Positions 28,815-38,350 of a DNA stretch of 64,000 bases are shown here, piece by piece (the first letter of the stretch is position 1; each line of letters starts with the position of its first letter). The DNA is taken from contig CAWDVR010000002.1 of the NCBI GenBank assembly GCA_963805975.1, forward strand, positions 640,001-704,000. Direction: 5' to 3'. The notes under the pieces are model-generated. The model ran no database searches. It saw nothing but the letters and a program-made list of their open reading frames with translations, and was not told the origin of the DNA. The translations under genes and the position numbers were made by a program. This DNA comes from an uncultured Acidobacteriota bacterium. Lineage in GTDB: Bacteria > Acidobacteriota > Thermoanaerobaculia > Multivoradales > SZUA-115.

Positions 28815-31800
28815 CTACCTCGCATCCCCGCTGAGCTCGAAGGCGGCCCAGTGGAAGGGGTGGGCGGTGGCGCCGCCGGCCGCGAGCAGCGCCTGCTGGG
28901 CCTCGGCGAGCGCCTGATCGCGGGGCGCGCCGGCCGCCCAAGCCGTGTAGAAGCGGCGCATCAGCTCGGCGGTCGAGCGGTCGGACACCTGCCACAGCGA
29001 GGCCAGCACCGAGCGCGCACCGGCGTACTGGAAAGCGCGGGAGAGGCCGGTCAGACCCTCGCCCGCTCCGTCCCGCCCGAGCGCCGTCTCGCAGGCCGAA
29101 AGGGTGACCAGGTCGGTGTCGAGCCGCACCTGGTCGAACACCTCCCAGGCCTGGAGCAGGCCGTTGTCGCCCTCGGCGCCTTCTCTTGCGGAAGCGGCGA
29201 GGGCGACGCCCGAGTCGAGAGGTGAGGCGAGGTCCAGGAGCGCGTGGCTCGCGAAGTGAACGAAGCCGGTCCGGGCAGGCAGGTCCTTCACCCGCTCCTC
29301 GCGAGCCTCGGCGCCGGTCAAGACCGTGAGCCCACCGGCGAAGAGCGCCGCGAGGGCGCTCGCCTCCTCGCGCGGGCCGGCGAGCGGCGGCAGGCCGGCA
29401 CGGTAGCGCTCGAGGGCTGATCCTTGCGCCGTGGCCTTGCCTGGCGCGGGCGGGAAGGCGGGTGCCGCAAAGGCGAAGCTGGGGCCGCTCTGCCCCGCCT
29501 CGCGGCGTGACCGCCGGAGCTCCGCATGGAGCGTCGCCGAAAGCGAGAAGAGCAGAGGCTTCTCCTGTGCGAGATAGCGCACCGCTCCCGCCGGCCCACC
29601 GGGCAGGGCCAGCGCGGCGAAGGGCAGGTGATGCAACGGCCCGTCCGGGCTGAGGAGCAGCCGCTCTGCCCGGGCCACGGCCGGTGCCGCGGGGGCGAGC
29701 AGCAGGTCGTAGAGCCTTCGCGCCTGCGCCACGAGGGCCGCGGCCTCGCCCGGCTCCCGCTGCCCGAGGAGGACCAGGCTGCGGAAGATCGCCACCTCCT
29801 TGGCCAGGCGCTCGCGGCCGATGGGCAGGCGGTGGACGGCGAGACCCGCGGCGGATGGCGGCTCGTCTGCCGCAGACGAGACCACGAACAGGAAGCTCTC
29901 GTTCGGGCCCACGCTGTAGGCGAGCCACAGCGTGCCGGGATCGATCGCGCGGCGCAGCGCGGCCAGATCCGGCGCCACCGGATAGCGGAGAGCGGCGTAG
30001 CGCGGCGCGCTCGCCGCGAGGCGCTCCCGGAACACGGCTCGACGGCTGCGGAGCGCCGCCAGCTCCGCGAGCAGCGCCTCCCTCCGGGCGGCCGCGTGCA
30101 CGGCGTCGGTCTGCGCCAGCTCGCGCTGTGAGCGGTCGTAGGCGCGGTCCAAGTCGCGCTCCTGGGTCGCCAGCTCGGGGGCGAGGTGTGGTCTCCAGCC
30201 GAGCTCGCGCGCCACGAGCTGGGCGAGGAGCCCCCGGCCGCGGGAGCGCTCCAGCGCTTCGAGCGCCGCGGCCGGACGGCCGAGCGCCAGCTCCAGTGCG
30301 ACGAGGCGCTGGTAGAGCGGCGCGTACTCGACCTCGAAGCTGGCGCGCGCCTCGGCATCGCCGCCCAGGCGGCTCACCTGGCCTTCGAGCGCCTCGATGC
30401 CGGAGCGCTGGGCCTCGGCCGCCGACGCCAGCCTGCCGGTCCGTTCGAGGTGCGCTCCCAGCCCTCCCCAGGCTCTCGCGAGCTGGAAGGAGTCCGGTGC
30501 CAGGCGCGAGAGCAGCTCGATCGCCTCCCGGAGCGCGGCCTCGGCCGGGGCCTTGCGACCGGCGCGGCTCAGCAGCTCACCCCAGGTCTCGAGCCCGATC
30601 GCCAGGCGGAGCGAGCCCGGCACGGCCTTGCGCTTCCAGGAGAGAGCGCGCTCCATCCGGGCGATGGCGGTCGCCAGGTCGCCGCGCTCGGCTGCGATCT
30701 CCGCCAGGGTCTGGAGGCTCGCCGAGCTCTCCGGGGTCTCGTCCGGCGCCTCGGGAGAAGACGCCTTCGCGATCTCCAGCACGCGGCCGGCGAGGCTCTG
30801 TGCCTCCGCGAGCTGCTGGCGCCGGAAGAGGACCCAGGCGAGAGCGGACAGGCTCCGTGCCTCGGCAGTCGAGGCCGGGGCCAGCTTCTGGCGGATGGCG
30901 AGCGAGCGCCGCAGCAGGGTCTCGGCCTGCGGGTAGTCGGCACGGTCGCGCGCCACCTTGCCCAGGTTCTCGTAGATCTGCGCCACGGCCAGGCTCTCCG
31001 GCTCCTGGTTCGGGGGCGCCAGGGCCTCGAAGCGCGCCAGGGCTTCCAGCAGCAGCGCCTCGGCCGGCACCAAGTCGCCGCGGTCGAGGGCCACCAGCGC
31101 CAGGTTGACGAGGTTGCGGGCGCCGTTCTCGCCCGCGGGCTCGAGCGTCTCGTAGAGCGCCCTCGCCTCCGCGAAGTGCCGGCCGGCGGCTTCGAGGTCG
31201 CCCTGCTCCCGCGCCAGGAGGCCCAGGTTCGAGGCCACTCCCGCGAGCTCGCGGCTCTGGGGAAGGGCCTTGGCCATCAGGCTGCGGGCCCGCTCGTAGG
31301 ACTCCCGCGCCGCCGCGTAGTCCTGGCGGAGATAGGCGTCGATGCCGAGGTTGACCAGGGTCCAGGCGAGGTCGACGCTCTCCGGCGCCAGCCTTTCGAG
31401 CAGCGCGCGTGCCTCCCCCAGCGCCCGATCGGCGGCGGCCAGGTCTCCCCGCCGCTGCTCGAGCTGGCCGAGCCCGTGCCAGCTCGCCGCCTCCGCCAGG
31501 CTGCCTGGAGCCGCCTGCCGGCGTAGCTCCAGGCCCTGCGACAGGGCTTTCTCCGCTTCCTCGAACCGCTCCTGGGCGAGGAGGGTCATGCCCTGGCGGT
31601 GGCGCGCCAGGGCGAGCCACCGCGGTTCCCCGAGCTCGGCCAGGGCCGCCTCCGCCGCGGTGAAGGCCGCATCGGCGTCCGGCCAGCGGCGGTCCGAGTA
31701 GGCTTGGCGGGCCTGTCCGAGCGCGCGGCAGGCCCGCTCCGCGGGCGAGGGTCCGCTGCCCGGCGCCACCTCGACCCGCCAGTCTCCCGGCGGCAGCTCG

Positions 31801-32123
31801 ACGCGGATCTCTCTTTCCTCGCGCAGCAGGGAAAGCCGAACCGCGCCGCGTGGCGCCTGCTCGATCTCCACCTCGGCCAGATCCAGGCAGGAGCGGATGG
31901 GCCCGGAAGACGAGGGCCTGGAGAAGGAGAGCAAACGGTCGCCGGCCACGAGCCCGGCCCGTGCCGCGGCGCCACCGGGCGCGACAGTCACCACCTCGAC
32001 CCCGGCTCGCGCGCCCTCACCCGCCGGTCCCTGGGCTCCGCACCCGGCCAGCGCCAGGACGGCCAGCAGCCGGGCTGCGGCCGGCCGACCTCGCCATCGT
32101 GCTCGCGCCGGCGCCGGCCTCAC
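28815..32123 (-). CDS. Lipoprotein PDZ-TPR-CHAT (caspase-like) protease
   Basis: Lipobox LAGC, PDZ-like AARAGLVAGD, many TPRs, CHAT dyad motifs VHFASHA and LSACET, HPFHWAAF. Confidence 0.9.
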   Translation of the reverse strand: MRPAPARARWRGRPAAARLLAVLALAGCGAQGPAGEGARAGVEVVTVAPGGAAARAGLVAGDRLLSFSRPSSSGPIRSCLDLAEVEIEQAPRGAVRLSLLREEREIRVELPPGDWRVEVAPGSGPSPAERACRALGQARQAYSDRRWPDADAAFTAAEAALAELGEPRWLALARHRQGMTLLAQERFEEAEKALSQGLELRRQAAPGSLAEAASWHGLGQLEQRRGDLAAADRALGEARALLERLAPESVDLAWTLVNLGIDAYLRQDYAAARESYERARSLMAKALPQSRELAGVASNLGLLAREQGDLEAAGRHFAEARALYETLEPAGENGARNLVNLALVALDRGDLVPAEALLLEALARFEALAPPNQEPESLAVAQIYENLGKVARDRADYPQAETLLRRSLAIRQKLAPASTAEARSLSALAWVLFRRQQLAEAQSLAGRVLEIAKASSPEAPDETPESSASLQTLAEIAAERGDLATAIARMERALSWKRKAVPGSLRLAIGLETWGELLSRAGRKAPAEAALREAIELLSRLAPDSFQLARAWGGLGAHLERTGRLASAAEAQRSGIEALEGQVSRLGGDAEARASFEVEYAPLYQRLVALELALGRPAAALEALERSRGRGLLAQLVARELGWRPHLAPELATQERDLDRAYDRSQRELAQTDAVHAAARREALLAELAALRSRRAVFRERLAASAPRYAALRYPVAPDLAALRRAIDPGTLWLAYSVGPNESFLFVVSSAADEPPSAAGLAVHRLPIGRERLAKEVAIFRSLVLLGQREPGEAAALVAQARRLYDLLLAPAAPAVARAERLLLSPDGPLHHLPFAALALPGGPAGAVRYLAQEKPLLFSLSATLHAELRRSRREAGQSGPSFAFAAPAFPPAPGKATAQGSALERYRAGLPPLAGPREEASALAALFAGGLTVLTGAEAREERVKDLPARTGFVHFASHALLDLASPLDSGVALAASAREGAEGDNGLLQAWEVFDQVRLDTDLVTLSACETALGRDGAGEGLTGLSRAFQYAGARSVLASLWQVSDRSTAELMRRFYTAWAAGAPRDQALAEAQQALLAAGGATAHPFHWAAFELSGDAR

Positions 32124-32248
32124 GGCAGCCACCTCCTCTTGGGGCGGTCTCCTACAACGGTGGTCTCGTACATGCGGGGGACGGGCCTGATTGTAAGTTG
32201 GATTGCGAGGGAGCCCCAGCGGCCCGCGATAGACTGGCGCCCTTCTCC

Positions 32249-33289
32249 ATGCGCTACGGCACCATCCCGGAAAACCTCGCCGAGAGGATCGCTCTCCTGG
32301 CGGGCAAGGTGCCGGTGCCGATCCTCGACTCGCTGTTCCCCCTGCTGACGGCGCGCTCGCTGATGGCGGGCGTCAAGCTCGGCGTCTTCGAGGCGCTGGC
32401 GGGCGGGCCGCTGCCGGCCGCCGAGGTCGCCGCCCGCCGCGGGCTCGACCCGGAGGCGACCGAGCTGCTGCTGCGCACACTGTGCCTCGCCGGCTACATC
32501 GAGATGGGACGGGGGGGTTACGGCCTGTCGCGGCTCGGGCGTCGCACCATGCTGCCGGGCGGCGAGATGGAGCTGCGGGGTTACGTGCTGTGGAACTTCA
32601 CCCAGTGGGAGATGGTCGAGCACCTCGAGGAGCTGGTGGCGACCGGGCGCGGCCTCGACTTCCACCGCACCATGACCGACCCCGAGGCCTGGGCCCACTA
32701 CCAGCGAGCCATGTTCGAACTCGCTCGGCTGGAGGCGCCGCTGCTGGTGGCCAAGGTGCCGGTGAAGCGGGGTGCGCGGCGCCTGCTCGACCTCGCCGGC
32801 TCGCACGGCCTCCTGGGCGCGGCCCTCTGCCGCGCGCATCCGCCGATGCGCTCGCTGGTGATCGACCTGCCGGCGGCGATCGGGCATGCCCGTACCCTCG
32901 CCCGCGAGGCGGGGATCGAAGACCTCGTGGAGCACCGCGAGGGGGACCTGCTGGCCGCGGAGCTGCCCCGCGAGCAGGACGTGGCGCTGCTCTCGAACAT
33001 CCTCCACCACTTCGACGGCAAGACCAACCTGGCGCTCCTCCGGCGGGTGGCCGCCGCTCTCACGCCGGCGGCCACGGTCGCGATCTGGGAGATGGAGACG
33101 CCGGACAAGAGCCGCCAGCCGAGCGCCGGCGACGGCGCGGCGCTCTACTTCCGGCTGACCTCGAACGCCCGCTGCTACAGCGCCGGCGATTACACCGGCT
33201 GGCTCGGCGAGGCGGGCTTCGAGAAGGTGCGGGTCCACCACTCGCTCCTCGCCCCGGGGCAGATCCTGGTGGTGGGGCGCAAGCCCTGA
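32249..33289 (+). CDS. SAM-dependent O-methyltransferase (dimerisation domain + Methyltransf_2)
   Basis: KLGVFEAL, LLDLAGSHG, GD, SNILHHF. Confidence 0.85.
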   Translation: MRYGTIPENLAERIALLAGKVPVPILDSLFPLLTARSLMAGVKLGVFEALAGGPLPAAEVAARRGLDPEATELLLRTLCLAGYIEMGRGGYGLSRLGRRTMLPGGEMELRGYVLWNFTQWEMVEHLEELVATGRGLDFHRTMTDPEAWAHYQRAMFELARLEAPLLVAKVPVKRGARRLLDLAGSHGLLGAALCRAHPPMRSLVIDLPAAIGHARTLAREAGIEDLVEHREGDLLAAELPREQDVALLSNILHHFDGKTNLALLRRVAAALTPAATVAIWEMETPDKSRQPSAGDGAALYFRLTSNARCYSAGDYTGWLGEAGFEKVRVHHSLLAPGQILVVGRKP

Positions 33290-33334
33290 CCGGGCCCGAT
33301 CACCCCACCACCGTGTCGCGCTACGACGTGCGCG

Positions 33335-35277
33335 TTACGTCACCGTCACCTGCACCGCGGTGCCGAGGTCGCCGAAGAACTCCACGCACTCGTGGACCAT
33401 GCGGAGCCGGAAGGTGTAGGGCCCCGGCGTCGACGGGGCCGTGACGTTGAAGTTGAGCGTCGCCTGCCCCACGGCCGGGACCTGTGAGGAGAGGTCGGCC
33501 CGGATCGGCGTCCAGCCCGAGCTGCCCACCAGGGCCAGTCGATAGGCTTCGCACAGCGCGCCGACAGAGTCCCAGTCGACGTTTCCGCTGTTCTTCACCG
33601 TCACGCTGATCGCGTACTGTTGTCCCGCCACCATGGTCGAGGGCACGGTCTGGCTGATGAACTCCGCGTCCTTGACCGCCGGGGTTACGCTGACCACCAC
33701 GTTGGTGCTCTCGTCGCCGAAGAAGGCGGTGCACTCCTCGACCATCTGCACCTGGAAATCGTGCTCACCGCCCACCGCGGGCGCGGTGACCGTGTAGCTG
33801 AACGTAGCCTGCCGGCCGGGAAGGACGGGTGTGGACAGATCCGCGCGGATCGGCGACCAGGCGGTGCTCCCCACCTGCGCCAGGCGGAAGCCGTCGCACT
33901 GTGCGCCCACCGTGTCCCACGCCGTGACCCCCGTGTTCTCGACGGTGATCGACGCCGGGTACTGCTGCCCGCCGGTCATCAAGGTGGGCACGCTCTGGCT
34001 GACGATGCGCGCGTCCCGGCTGGGGATCAGGTCGAGGCAGATGCCGTCGACGAAGTCGCGTTGGGCCGGGATCGAGGTGAGTGTCGAGCCGCACCAGGCC
34101 GAGTTGCATTGCCCACCCGTGGGCGCCATGACCCCGCATGCCTCGATGGAGCCCCAGCTATGCCCTAGCTCGTGCATGACCAGCCCGGACGAGGAGCAGC
34201 TATTGCTGAGCACTTGGGCGAAGGAATACATGCCCGAGCCGCCGAACGTGCAGACCTTGCCGACGTGGCTCTGACCGGCGGGCACTGCGAAGGCGCCCCC
34301 TCCGTACAGCAGATGCACCAGGTCGACGTCCTTGCCGCTCGGGGCCACGGGCCATTGCTCGCCCACCGTCGCCAGCAGCTCGGATCCGGTATCGATCGCC
34401 GGGTCGGCATAGGGATCCTCGAGCGGGTCCGGACGGCGCTCGATATGCGAGATCTCGTGCCGGATGTGGAAGAACGCGTAGCGCTCGTTGACCTGGGCGA
34501 AGATGGCTTCGATCGTGCCATCGACTTCGTCGGGGTCGTTGTCGTGGGCGGCGTAGAAGGCGCTGTCGGTGTCGACCAGGACTCGCGCCAGGCAGCCCCC
34601 CAGCACGGCGCAGTCCTGGCCGGTGGACTTGTCCGGGCCGAGCAGCCCGATATCTGCTGCGAGCTCCTTCGCGCCCTCCTCCAAGCCACAGGTCCAGCCT
34701 GCTTCCTCCTCGCAGGCGCGGAGCGCGTAGAGATCGCCCGCCACGCCTTTGAGCCGGCGCGAGAGCGGTTCGACCTCGACGACTCTCCCACCGGGGAGAT
34801 GGAAAGCTCCAGGCCGGACGGCTTGACGACGCCCAGGACCACCGAGCCCTCGATGCCGGGGATCGAGCCGCGCAGAGTGCGGACCGGACCGGGTTCTTGC
34901 GTCTTGCAGGGCCCACCGCCCGAGCACTTTCCTACCGTGAAGCCCGGCGCCCGTACCGAGTTCGGGACGAGAACGAGCTGGACCTCCGCACCGTTGAGGA
35001 CGAGCGTGGCGCGGAGCGGTTTCCCCGGCTCGATCGCACCGGTGATCCGCGCCACGGCCGCGTCCTCGACGGCGAGCAACGCGGCCTCCGGGTCGAACCG
35101 GCGCTCGCCTGCCCGCGGCCCGCTCTCGAGCTCTTCGAGCGCCACCCGCAGGCGCTCGGCGCGCGCCTCCTCGTGAATGCCGTCCACCCCAGCCTGAGCG
35201 CTAAAGGCATTCGTCAGCAGCAGAGTCACAGCGAGAATCTGGCTACCGAACGACATGGATCTCCTGCCGGTTCTCAT
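33335..35277 (-). pseudogene. Secreted M12B/reprolysin-like metalloprotease with two Ig-like (NBR1-type) C-terminal repeats, frameshift near 34790
   Basis: Signal peptide and prodomain in one frame. Catalytic region (HELGHSWG, VMAP) and duplicated A..VSQ.VP..M..GQQY domains in another. Confidence 0.7.
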
Positions 35278-35370
35278 GGATGCCCCCTTTCCGTTGTATG
35301 ACTCGCCAGCACTCCCTCGACAGGAGATGCGAGGAACCGTCCCCCGCACCCGTCACCGAACGAGGGGAAA

Positions 35371-36249
35371 TCAGCGTGGAGCCGGAGAGACCGGCAGCGA
35401 GGCGGTGATCGCGCCCACGTAGAGCGTGCCGTCGTAGCCCAGGTCGCCCGTCTTGCCGAACGGCGTCTCGACCGCGGTGCCCAGCACCACGCGGCGCGGG
35501 CCGGGAGGATGGCTGCCCCGCTGGCGGGTCGGGCCGCACGGCCGGTCGGACTGGCAGACCCACGCCTCGCCGGCAGAGTAGGTGCCGAGCAGCGAGACCA
35601 GCTTCCACTCCGGCCGGACCTTCGCCACCAGGAAGGCCATGGGCTCGGTGAGGAAGGGCACCGTGTTCGCCTTCTTGCGGTTGTGGAGGTTGCCGGAGAG
35701 CACCACGGCGAGGTCCGAGGGGCTCGCCTCCAGGCTCCGGATCAGCGACTTCGCCATCAGCAGGTCACGCTCCGCCTTGCGCTCGGACGGCGGCAGCGCG
35801 GCCCAGGCATCGAAGGCGCGGATCTCCACCTTCCCGCCCCGGCGCCGCAGGGCATGAAGCCGGCGCAGCAGGTCGAGCATGGCCTCGCTGGTGCGGCCGT
35901 CCGGCGGGAAGCCTTCGGGGAAGCGCTCCCAGCCGGTCTCGGCGCGCAAAGCGGCGAGCGCCGGCTCCACCTCCCGCGCCGCGAGAAAACGATCGAACGC
36001 CGCATTCCAGCGCGAGTCGAGCTCGAGCCCCACCACCACCGAGCGCTGGAGCTCGACCGCCCGGCACACGATGTCGACCACCGCGGCCGGGTGCTCGCGG
36101 GTGCCGTGGAGCTCGCCCACGAAGAGGCGCGTGCCGGGCGCGAGCAGCGGGTCGAGACCTTCGATCGAAGCGCAGGCCGAGGGCGAGGTGGCGGCCACGG
36201 CGTGGCTGCCGAGAGCTGCCAGAAGAAACGCGGCCAGTAGGTGTCTCAT
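35371..36249 (-). CDS. Secreted hypothetical protein (EreA/ChaN-like fold possible)
   Basis: Signal peptide, VGELHGTRE, VGLEL, RD..MA, GNLH. Confidence 0.6.
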   Translation of the reverse strand: MRHLLAAFLLAALGSHAVAATSPSACASIEGLDPLLAPGTRLFVGELHGTREHPAAVVDIVCRAVELQRSVVVGLELDSRWNAAFDRFLAAREVEPALAALRAETGWERFPEGFPPDGRTSEAMLDLLRRLHALRRRGGKVEIRAFDAWAALPPSERKAERDLLMAKSLIRSLEASPSDLAVVLSGNLHNRKKANTVPFLTEPMAFLVAKVRPEWKLVSLLGTYSAGEAWVCQSDRPCGPTRQRGSHPPGPRRVVLGTAVETPFGKTGDLGYDGTLYVGAITASLPVSPAPR

Positions 36250-36262
36250 TGCAGGCCCCTCC

Positions 36263-36338
36263 TGTCGTTCTGAGCGTAGCGAAGAACCTGGGCGGTGGCA
36301 GCCCGCCCGCCAGATCCTTCGCTGCGCTCAGGATGACA
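36263..36338. repeat. REP doublet (imperfect inverted pair)
   Basis: TGTCGTTCTGAGCGTAGCGAAGAACCTGG ... CCAGATCCTTCGCTGCGCTCAGGATGACA; intergenic. Confidence 0.8.
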
Positions 36339-36348
36339 GATACGGAGG

Positions 36349-37476
36349 TCAGCGCTCGGCGAGATCCAAGTCCGCCGTGCCGACACGCCCCGCCTTGCGC
36401 CCGGCGCGCACCGAGCGCGGGGCCTGGGTGTCCACGGCCAGGAGCTGCCGGCTGGTGGCGACCGCCCGCTCCACCAGCTCGCGCGCCGCCTGGCGCAGCG
36501 GCTCGCTCTTCTTCACCTGCTCGACGTTTCTCTCCATGTCCTCGGAGGACCAGCCGCGGGAGTGGGCGATGAAGGGGAAGGGCGGGAAGCGGCAGCCGAT
36601 CTCGGAGAAGAACATCAGCATCTGGCCGGCCACGGACTGCACGTTGTCCTGCCCGCCGGTGATGATGAAGGCCGCCACCTTGTTCTCGATCAGCACCTTG
36701 TTCTTGATCGTGACCTGGTTCTGCACGCAGTTCAGGCGCTCGACCATCTTCTGATAGAGGGCCGAGGGCTGGCCCCAGCGGATGGGTGTCGAGACCAGGA
36801 TCACGTCCGCCCAGAAGACGAACGCCTCGTAGACCTGCTCCATCTCGTCCTTCTTGTCCATCTGGGTGATGGAGCACGGCCAGGTGCAGGCGTGGGCGCT
36901 CTTCGAGTAGTAGCCCTCGCAGGCGCGGAAACGGAGATCGTTGAGCTTCAGGAGCCGCGCCTCGGCACCCAGGCTCTCCCGGGCGTGCGCGAGCGCCGCC
37001 TCGAGAAGGGCGTCCGAGGTCGAGTAGCGCGGATAGGCGGCATCCATGGCGGTGGTCGAGATGCCGATCACGCGGAGCGGCCCGTCCTCGCGGCGCACCG
37101 GCCGCGAGAGCGGGTGCGGCGCATGGGGCTTCTTGGTTCGCAGGCTCGCGGCCTCGAGGTTCACCCACAACCGGCCGCCCTCCTGCTTCAGGTCGTGGCG
37201 CGGCACGGCGTCTTCCTCGTAGCCGGGCTCGCCCAGACCGGTGCCGCGATGGAACTTCCAGTGGTGCCAGGGGCAGACCAGGTAGTCGCCCTCGAGCCGG
37301 CCCTCGCCGAGCGGCCCGCCGGCATGGTTGCAGACGCCGGAGACCGCGCCGAACTCGCCCTGCGCGTACGAGAGCGCGATCCGCGTGCGGCCGGCCGCCA
37401 CCTGCCGGACGCCGCCCTCGCCGAGCTCGGCGCGAAGGACGTCGATCGATCCCAGGTCGTGCCAGCTTTCCGTCAC
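36349..37476 (-). CDS. Rieske [2Fe-2S] + flavodoxin-like (iron-sulfur flavoprotein/FMN reductase) fusion
   Basis: CNHAGGPL and CPWH Rieske motifs; ACEGYY..CTWPC, TPIRWG, ITGGQD. Confidence 0.85.
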   Translation of the reverse strand: MTESWHDLGSIDVLRAELGEGGVRQVAAGRTRIALSYAQGEFGAVSGVCNHAGGPLGEGRLEGDYLVCPWHHWKFHRGTGLGEPGYEEDAVPRHDLKQEGGRLWVNLEAASLRTKKPHAPHPLSRPVRREDGPLRVIGISTTAMDAAYPRYSTSDALLEAALAHARESLGAEARLLKLNDLRFRACEGYYSKSAHACTWPCSITQMDKKDEMEQVYEAFVFWADVILVSTPIRWGQPSALYQKMVERLNCVQNQVTIKNKVLIENKVAAFIITGGQDNVQSVAGQMLMFFSEIGCRFPPFPFIAHSRGWSSEDMERNVEQVKKSEPLRQAARELVERAVATSRQLLAVDTQAPRSVRAGRKAGRVGTADLDLAER

Positions 37477-37592
37477 GCGAACCTCCTCTCGGTCCCGCCC
37501 CGCGGACGGCCGGTACAAGCCCGGCCGCTACGTCCTGCAGCGCGCCCTCCGGTCTCTGGCCGTAGCGGCCGGACCTGTGCCGGCCGTTCGGG

Positions 37593-37859
37593 CTAGGGTG
37601 AGGGGCTCTGTACCGCCACCGGGGCCGGCAGCACTTCCACCGCGTCTTCCCACCAAGCCTCGCGGGACGTGAAGGCCTCGCCCTGGTGCGGGCATGGCGA
37701 GGCCACGTGGTCCTTGCCGTGCAGCGGCTTGCCCTGGTGGAAGCCGGCGAAGAGCGAGTACACCTCGCCGCAGGCGAGGCAGAAGCGGCCCAGCACGCGT
37801 CCCCGGCGCTCGGCCGGGATGCGGCTCGCCGGGGCGGCCTCGGGTCCGCGATAGGCCAT
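37593..37859 (-). CDS. Small hypothetical protein with a CxxC motif
   Basis: Starts 2 nt after the ndk stop; FCLACG. Confidence 0.55.
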   Translation of the reverse strand: MAYRGPEAAPASRIPAERRGRVLGRFCLACGEVYSLFAGFHQGKPLHGKDHVASPCPHQGEAFTSREAWWEDAVEVLPAPVAVQSPSP

Positions 37860-37861
37860 GG

Positions 37862-38284
37862 TCAGCGCCCTCCGAGCAGCTCGGCTCGCGAGAAGAAGAA
37901 GGCGAGCTCGAGGGCGGCGTTCTCTGCCGAGTCGCTGCCGTGGATGGCGTTCCGCTCGATCGAGGTGCCGAAGAGGTTGCGGATGGTGCCGGCCTCGGCC
38001 TTCGCCACGTCGGTGGCGCCCATCACCTGCCGCAGGTGGGCGACGGCGTTCTCGCGCTCCAGAGCCACGGGAATGACGGGTCCGCTGGTCATGAACTCCA
38101 CCAGGCTGCCGTAGAAAGGCCGCTCCTTGTGGACCTCGTAGAAGGCCTGCGCCTGCGCCGTCGAGAGGCGCAGCTTCTTGAGGCCGTGGATGACGAAACC
38201 TTCTTCCTCGAGCCGGGCCAGGATCCTACCGCCGCTGCCGGCGGCGACGCTGTCGGGTTTGAGGATCGCGAGGGTCTTCTCCAT
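37862..38284 (-). CDS. ndk: Nucleoside diphosphate kinase
   Basis: TLAILKPD, NAIHGSDS. Confidence 0.97.
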   Translation of the reverse strand: MEKTLAILKPDSVAAGSGGRILARLEEEGFVIHGLKKLRLSTAQAQAFYEVHKERPFYGSLVEFMTSGPVIPVALERENAVAHLRQVMGATDVAKAEAGTIRNLFGTSIERNAIHGSDSAENAALELAFFFSRAELLGGR

Positions 38285-38350
38285 GATCGATGTCTCTCCA
38301 CGCCGGCGCTCCGCGAGAGGGCCCGGCTGAACGGGTTCTGTTTTTGCTGC

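Noticed and set aside
32249-33289. O-methyltransferase as a tailoring enzyme for the Cys-rich peptide
   Set aside because: It is divergently oriented from the CHAT gene and of a small-molecule methyltransferase type. Nothing beyond proximity supports a link.
33335-33990. Duplicated ~315-nt segments as a DGR template/variable repeat
   Set aside because: Both copies are in-frame protein domain repeats with divergence not limited to adenines, and they are far from the RT.
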